DNA of 64,000 nt from Hyaloraphidium curvatum SAG 235-1 (taxonomy: Eukaryota; Fungi; Monoblepharomycota), in assembly GCA_025558095.1 (NCBI GenBank), contig JAIVFI010000024.1:1-64000 (forward strand), read 5' to 3'. Below are positions 57,394 through 64,000 of this stretch, one piece after another. A program made the position numbers and the translations under genes. The notes under the pieces were generated by a model that saw nothing but the letters and a program-made list of their open reading frames with translations, was not told the DNA's origin and did not search any database. Within the stretch, counting starts at the first letter, position 1. Each line of letters starts with the position of its first letter.

Positions 57394-60278
57394 TCAAGTG
57401 CAGAGGCAGGCGCTCCCGGAGAAACTGCACGGCGAAGCCTGGGCATTGTCGCATGCGCAGATTGCCGAGTTGGGTGGAAGACACACGGCTGACAACTCGG
57501 AATGAGGATCAGGGAGCGTGCGGTGTCCGCAGTCACCCACTTGCAAAAGCAGCCGCGCCGGATGCAGTGAAGTTGGCAGGCAAAACGTAGTCGGGTCCAT
57601 TGCCGGCCGGGGCAGCTGGCGCCAGGGATGCGATTAAGGACGCCGCGGTCGATCGCACAAGACAGCCCACCGCCGAGCCCGCTTGCGCCCCTGAATGCGG
57701 CGCCGATGCTGCCGGGCGCCATCAAGACGTTGGTAAAGTTGTGGAGCGCCTGGGTGTTGTCGATGTTCCCCCGGACAAGGTTCCAGGGCGAGAGCTTGCC
57801 TATCTCGATGCGGAGCCGGTCGCCGAAGCCCCTGAAAAGGGTCGATCCGCCCGCGACAACAATCTTCATGGTCATAGCTCCCGCCCTATAGACCTGGGGG
57901 GTAGCCGCCACGGCCGCCGCGGCGATGTTCGCCAACCCGGGTCCGCCTATGCCGATGATCCGGGGCCTGAAGATCGCCTCGGGGACCGTCCACCTTAGAT
58001 CGCCTGGCACGGTGACGTTGGTTCCGTTGGCGAGCCTGAATCGGGCGGACGGCGTCCTGCCCCTGGATGCCGCGGCGTCGGGGACGGAAGCAAAGAACAC
58101 GTTGCGGGCCTGCTTGAGTTCGGCGGCCTGGGCGGCGGTGATGCGGAGCTGGCGGGCGATGTAGGAGTCCAGGTCGGAGGCGACGAGCGTGGTGGTCCTG
58201 ATCGCTGCCAAGTAAGTGAAGATGTTGCCATTCTGCTTGAAGACGGGGACCGCGCTCGCGGTCTGTCCAAAATCCAGGGAGAGGGCCTGGGTCCCGTCCG
58301 AGACTGCACATCCGAGCCGATGATGAGCCAATAGCAGGTGACGGAAGACGAACAAAGACGCACCCGACCCCGTGATGAACGGCTCCACGAGCGCAGGCTG
58401 GCCGATCCACAGCGCCGCGGGTGAGAACTCGGTCATGACCCTGGTCGAAAAGGCCATGCGCACCGCCATGGTGTTGAGCGGCGAGACCAGGAAGATCAGT
58501 TTGTTCGCGACCTGGGCCGTGTTGCGGACGCCGAGGAGGCCGAGAGCGTACTTGATCACGAGGACTAGGCCAGGCCTCCACGATGCGAGGAATCAGCGGC
58601 GCCGCGAGATCGCGCATCCCTTCTCCACCCACGTGTCCGACAGAATGCCGTTGACGATCGGATTTTTGGTGGGCCTGCCGGAGTCGACCGCCGGCCGGCC
58701 CACCAGGATCGTCCCGTTGGCGAGCGTCACGTAGACGTTGGGGAAGCTGAGCTGCGGCATACCGTCTCCGGCGTAGCCAGCTCGCACGGTGGTCGATCCG
58801 AGATCCAGCACGAGCACCTTGGACGCGTCGAGGGCCTGCTTGACGAGGGCAACCTCGGGCTTGAATGGGGTCGTGACGCTCGGCTGGCCGCTGCGGATCT
58901 TCTGGGTCTTGGAGTCCGGCTTGCTCGACAGGCAAGCCTTGGCCTGGACGGGCGGCGTTGGCAGGATGAACGGATGAACGCCGCACTGTTCCGCTCACCA
59001 GTGTAGGTCTGGTCACCGCAGCGACACCGTGCTCGCCAACGGCAACGCACTGGCAGCATATGTCCGAAATGCTCTTCTCGCACGGCGTCGAGCACTCCAC
59101 GGCGTTGAAGATGCCCGTGATGGTGGTCGCACTCACCGAATCTGCACGCGACCCCGCGGGTCAGTCGCTGCTGGATCCGCAAGACTGCCTCGCGATGTCA
59201 CCTTTGGTCCAGCCCGTCGGCGACGGCCCCTTCCACCTATAGATGACGTTGCCATAAGCGTCGCTGTCGAGGCCGAGAGCAATGCAGTCGGTTGTTGTTG
59301 GGCAGTTGATGTTAAGAAGATCCGAGACCCCGAAAAAGACGGACGGCGGCACCACGCCGAAGGTCCTGCGGGATTTGCTGTAGTAATAGATGCGAGCGAC
59401 TGTGCTGTCGTCCGCGGCGCTCTCGGTTCGGAAAATGAACGTGGTGTCTCCCACAACCTGCACGACCTTGAAAGGATCCAACGTAGCGTTCGGAAAGGGA
59501 ACCGGCGTCCATTTGGTGCCGTTGAATGCCATAACGGTGGAGAGGTCCCCTACGGCCATGCAATCGGTCCGGGAGGAGCAGGTGACGTCGATCATGGCAG
59601 GGACGGAAGCTTGAGAGAGAATCCATGTTCCATTCCTTCTCACGAAGATCAGGCCTGAGAATGACAGCCATGTCAGAGTAGCTAGGGTGCGTGTAGCGGC
59701 GCCGCACCTCCAGTTTGGCGAGTCTCGTCGGCAAGCGCGGCGTCGGCGCCGACCGCCACGCAGAAGCTGGCGTCCACACATTCGATGTACGAAAAAGTGA
59801 ACGTCTTTGGCACCGCAAGCGCCCGCTTGATAGACCATCCCGTGGCTTGCCACGTCGAAACGGGCTGACCCGCCCCAGCGGCAATGCACTGACCCCCGGC
59901 CGGGCAGCTCTGCCACGAGATCAGTGCCCCGTCCGCGGAACAAGGCGTGACTCTCACGATGCTCGATACATTGTAGTCCGTGTCGAGCTGCAGTGAGAAG
60001 GTGCCGTTGCGCGTCGCGCCAGCTGCCCTGCTCGCGCCCGAGAACCCGTAGACATTCCCCAGGAGGCCCGCGGCGAGGAACAGTTTGGTCGACGGGTTGA
60101 AGGAAACGTCCACCTGCGGCACGTGAGATCCGCGCGGAACGGGGTATGCGGAAGACCCCACCAGGTTGTCGACACTCGGCACGCCGGCGACGGCGATGTT
60201 CGTCCACTTCACCGCGTCCGCGACCGCGGCGAGAGCGGCGAGCAAAACGTACCCGAGAGGGGCGAAGCGCGTCGCCAT
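57394..60278 (-). CDS. Signal peptide + Cys-rich beta-propeller-like repeats + divergent actin-fold domain + Cys-rich tail
   Basis: Exons 60278-60162, 60113-59708, 59654-59202, 59141-59017 and 58943- join in phase via GT-AG introns; actin motifs VLVLDLGSTTVRAGYAG..P, PLN, LDFG..AVPV, VPEAIFRP, VVAGGSTLFRGFGDRL..EI; terminal exon VCLPPNSAICACDNAQASPCSFSGSACLCT*. Confidence 0.78.
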
Positions 60279-60857
60279 CTTTCCGACTTCAACGCGGCGA
60301 CCTGCGGGTTCCGGCGACGACCTCGACGTCCCCCCCGTCCAGAGCGTCCTGATCGAAAGTGCCCAGACCTCATAGCATCGCCGGCAATCGGCACCGAAGT
60401 GGCTCCGCACCGGTTCCCGAGACCGGGGCCTGGCTCAAGGCGCACGCAGATTTGAGGATAAGAAGTAGGCACGGCACCTTTCTTTCTGCTCATCCGAGCT
60501 TGTAATGCGTTGAGGATGTGTGTGCGGGTGGCCGAAGCGTGCGGACGCGGTAACACCCACCAGCCATTGAAGGGCCGAGAACATTTGCATCGCCGCGCGT
60601 TGCACTCCCTTGTCACTCCCTGGCAACAGCAGTGCCAACACGCCCTCGGAACTGGAACAGATTCCGCTTTCGGGCTCAAGGGATTCTCAGGGGTTGATCT
60701 CAAGCAATCTTGGATCCGTCCCTGAACCCAAGGGCCGACAAGGTCCCTAGCGTGCACCACCAGCCCGAGGCCGGAGCAACAGCATCGCCTTTTCCGCTCG
60801 ACCCCAGTTCGCTATCGCTCGTTCTACCTCACTCCGTCGACGCTGCAACATCGGTTT

Positions 60858-62622
60858 ATGGCGGGGCCAAGCGTCTGGAGTGTCGTCGTTCGAGTGTTGG
60901 CGGCCGCCGTCGCGGCCCTTGCGGTTCTGGGGAACGCGGCGGCGCAGGACACGGGGGACGAATTGCCTCTTGTCATTGATCTTGGCAGCAGCACCACCAA
61001 AGCTGGGTTCGCCGGAGACGATGCGCCGCGCGCTGTGTTCCCCACGCTGGTGGGGTGGCCGCGGGTTCGGGTGAGTGCTGCGTGCACGACCGCACGCCAT
61101 CTAGTAATGCGAGTCCGTCGTGCCCATATCCGAAGGGCGTCATGGTCGATATGGGCACAAAGAATGCTTATGTTGGAGACGAGGCCGTGGCGAGACGTGG
61201 CATCTTGGCCCTCAAGTACCCGATCCAGTACGGCATCGTCACTAGTTGGGAGGACATGAACAAAATCTTTGTGCGTGCGCGTTGAGCCGGCTCACCGACT
61301 GGGAGTTCTGACGTGTTTTCTGACGTGTTCCAGCACCATGTCTTTTACAACGCGCTGCGGGAGGCACCAGAAGAGCACCCAGTGCTGATAAGTGAGTGAT
61401 GCGTGACCGCAGGCGCCTGCCTGAGCTCAAGCAGATATTGCCCCGACCGTGACAGCTGAGCCCCCTCTCAACCCCAGCGCAAACCGGGAACGAATCACGC
61501 AGATGATGTTCGAAACCTTCGGAGTGCCCGGTAAGTCGTTCGGGGCCAAGCATATTTCGAGGATTAATCTCACGCCCCGGTATCGGCGTCGTAGCCTTCT
61601 ACCTCGTGAAGGAGCCTGTCCTCTCTCTGTACGCGTCTGGAAGGACGACCGGTACGCCAGGAAGGTCCCATTCGTGTCATCCTTGCTGATTTTGCATGCG
61701 CCATTCTAGGTCTCGTCCTCGTGTCAGGCGACCAAGTGACGCATGCGGTTCCAGTGCACAAGGGCTCCGTTGTGTCTCCTGCCATCATGCAGCTCAAGCT
61801 CGCTGGTTCGGACATTACCGCCTACCTGGTCCAGATGCTCACGGACCGCGGGTACGAGTTCACGTCAGGCTCGAAAGGATACGTGAAGGACATCAAGGAA
61901 ACACTGGGCTACGTCGCATTCGGTGCGTTGGACCGCCGTTGATCTCTCGGTCCGATCTCTGATGGTCTTTCAACAAGACGTTGCACGCGAGATGGCGGCC
62001 TCGGGCATCGACAGGGAATACGAACTCCCGGACGGCACGGTGATCACAGTCGGCAACGAGCGATTCCGGGCGCCGGAGGTAAGCTCAGCGGCGGGCACTA
62101 GCCCGTACGGCCCAGGATTGCCTTTATGATCCGCGCCGAACGAATGTCCTGGCCATACCAGATACTGTTCAACCCCGCCCTCGCAGGCAAAGAAGGCATG
62201 GGAATTTCGCAGCTAATCTACACCAGCATCCAGAAGTGCGACGAAAGCATCCGCAAGGACCTCTACGAGAACGTTGTCCTGGCTGGCGGCTCTACGAGTG
62301 GGATCAACCTGCAGCGCACTCGCTTTGAGAGCTGACACGCTCATTGCCAGTGTTTCCCGGCTTGGTCGAGCGTTTGCAGAAGGAGATCAGGGCACTGGTG
62401 ACCCCGAACACTAGGGTCACGATCATCGCCCCCCCCGATCGCGCTTACAACACTTGGATAGGTGATGGTCACGACCGTACTCACCCACAATTCGGCTCTC
62501 TGATCTGTTCTGTTGTAGGTGGTTCCAGCCTCGCGACGCTCTATACGTTTCGCGATATGATGATAACGAAGCCGGAGTACGAAGCATCGGGGCCGAAGGT
62601 CGTGCACACGAAGTGCTTCTAG
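60858..62622 (+). CDS. Actin paralog with N-terminal signal-peptide-like extension (10 exons)
   Basis: Exons 60858-61070, 61136-61270, 61334-61391, 61456-61530, 61595-61651, 61710-61922, 61978-62078, 62162-62297, 62351-62461, 62519-62622; [57 protein letters not shown], ends HTKCF*. Confidence 0.92.
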
Positions 62623-62990
62623 GAACCTTAAGATCATAATTGGCGACTTGGTGAAGCAGAGGTGAAGCGGAGTAGTCAATTTCGGTGGGAAAGTGTCAAG
62701 ATGAAGCAAACTGGCGGTTTTTCCGTCTGCTGCCGCGCTGCTGCAGACCCCGGAACAAAGCGCCCGCGCCCGGCGCGGCGAACCGCGCAAAATGCAGCCC
62801 GCCTCGGCCCGCCTGCTGCCACTTGGCGCCCTAGTGCGTCTGCGGCTGGGTGTGTTCGCCGTGTGGGCGCCGAACGCGCGGGGCGTCGAGCTCCGGAAGG
62901 CGTGCGTCAACCAGGGACGAGCAGCGACTGCACGCAAACTCCGTCGCGCAGCTCAGCCGCAAGCACGCGTGGCGCCTCTCGGCCTGCGCG

Positions 62991-64000
62991 ATGACGGCGG
63001 ATGCCGGCGGGCCGTACTCGTGCGAGCGCGGGGCGGTGCTGCGGTTGGATGCGTCGCGGTCGAGGGGGGACATCGGGGCGTACGAGTGGGGCTTCGAGGC
63101 GGCGCCGCCCGAGCGGCCGCCGGGGCCGTACGATCCCGAGATGGACCCGCCGCGGGCGGACGCGAAGAAGACGGCGTCGAGCGCGGGGGGTGCGTCGGTC
63201 GTCGTCTGCATGGATGTGATGGTGCGGGTCACCGTGACCTCCAAGTCTGGGGACGCCAAGCGGTCGTCGGAGCCGGTGCGGATCGCGTGCATCCCCCGCA
63301 CCGTCAAGCCCGCGGACGTCTCCAAAACGGACGAGATCAAAAAGGCCAACCTCCCCCTGTTCCCTGGGCAGTTCGATTTGGGCCGCAACGTCTGCGCCCT
63401 GGACGACGGCCCCGTCGGGAAGGACGAGGCGCAGCACTACTACCACCGCCCGCCCGGCTTGCAATCGTGGCTCGATGTCGGGTACCGCGTGCAGCAGGTC
63501 GACGATTCCGTAGGGGGGCCGGGGCCCTTCCACGGGTTCTGGCTCGTCTGGCTGCCGCATACGCTCCCGATCTGCCGGCAGCGCGCCGTCAACAGGAAGC
63601 TGTACCCCAAGGACCCCGAGGGCGTGTACCAGCACAACGAGCAGAGGAAGCAGCCGCGGCCGCCGCCCAAGAAGGGCTCGGACGCGCCGCATCCGTACGT
63701 GTGCGGCATGGGCAGGTTCGCGGCGAGCGTCGCGGCGCACGAGGGCAAGCACACGGAGCTGATCCTGGAATCCGCACGCCGGGAATTCGCCCGCGTCGAG
63801 CAGCGCCGAGGACCGGTGGACCCCGCGGGGCGGATCGAGGGGCTCTGCTTCGCGGACCGCGCGAAGCTGGTGACGGGGGCCGACGTCGAGATCCTTTACT
63901 CGGACGAGGAGGTTGGCAAGGCCACCTCGGGGAAGGAGGCCGAGGAGCGGATCCACGAGATGCTGGTCGCCGACGGGTTCGACGACTACGCAATCGTCTA
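62991..64000 (+). CDS. PKD-like domain + HExxH-containing hypothetical protein; runs off the window end
   Basis: Open frame absent from the ORF track (no stop in the window): MTADAGGPY..VLRLDASRS..YEW.F; later GPFHGFW, VAAHEGKH, DPAGRIE. Confidence 0.65.
   Translation, partial: MTADAGGPYSCERGAVLRLDASRSRGDIGAYEWGFEAAPPERPPGPYDPEMDPPRADAKKTASSAGGASVVVCMDVMVRVTVTSKSGDAKRSSEPVRIACIPRTVKPADVSKTDEIKKANLPLFPGQFDLGRNVCALDDGPVGKDEAQHYYHRPPGLQSWLDVGYRVQQVDDSVGGPGPFHGFWLVWLPHTLPICRQRAVNRKLYPKDPEGVYQHNEQRKQPRPPPKKGSDAPHPYVCGMGRFAASVAAHEGKHTELILESARREFARVEQRRGPVDPAGRIEGLCFADRAKLVTGADVEILYSDEEVGKATSGKEAEERIHEMLVADGFDDYAIV

Noticed and set aside
57372-57600. ORF-track C-terminus (..ALDEITAVA) of the divergent actin
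   Set aside because: It reads through two apparent introns; the spliced version restores actin-like C-terminal spacing and ends at 57394
1-64000. Prokaryotic origin, operons, CRISPR arrays, rRNA or tRNA genes
   Set aside because: Pervasive spliceosomal introns, actins and PTS1 signals; no regularly spaced repeats or recognisable RNA genes seen

Overview
GC-rich, gene-dense eukaryotic DNA with many short (~45-100 bp) GT..AG introns, so most long ORFs in the six-frame track are antisense or off-frame shadows. The gene content and style suggest an early-diverging fungus (Monoblepharidomycete/Hyaloraphidium-like; this is inference). About 30 genes or gene remnants can be read, mostly metabolic: AKR, Mag1-like glycosylase, ABHD17-like hydrolase, cyclase, methyltransferase, MDR, SDR, two acyl-CoA ligases, carnitine acetyltransferase, Zn-ADH, CoA-disulfide reductase-rhodanese, Cu-ATPase, a hybrid histidine kinase and two other kinases. 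The most striking feature is a head-to-head pair of actin-fold genes at 57.4-62.6 kb that both start with signal-peptide-like leaders. One is a near-canonical actin with altered nucleotide-site residues. The other is a divergent actin fused behind a Cys-rich beta-propeller-like region, with N-glycosylation sequons and a Cys-rich tail. Together they may represent a secreted or luminal actin system. The 11.8-21.6 kb region holds three copies of a duplicated cassette: a conserved upstream motif, a Mug135/DUF1773-like gene, and a captured 3' tail of the neighbouring acyl-CoA ligase. All family assignments come from motif recognition by eye, and exon boundaries are manual.
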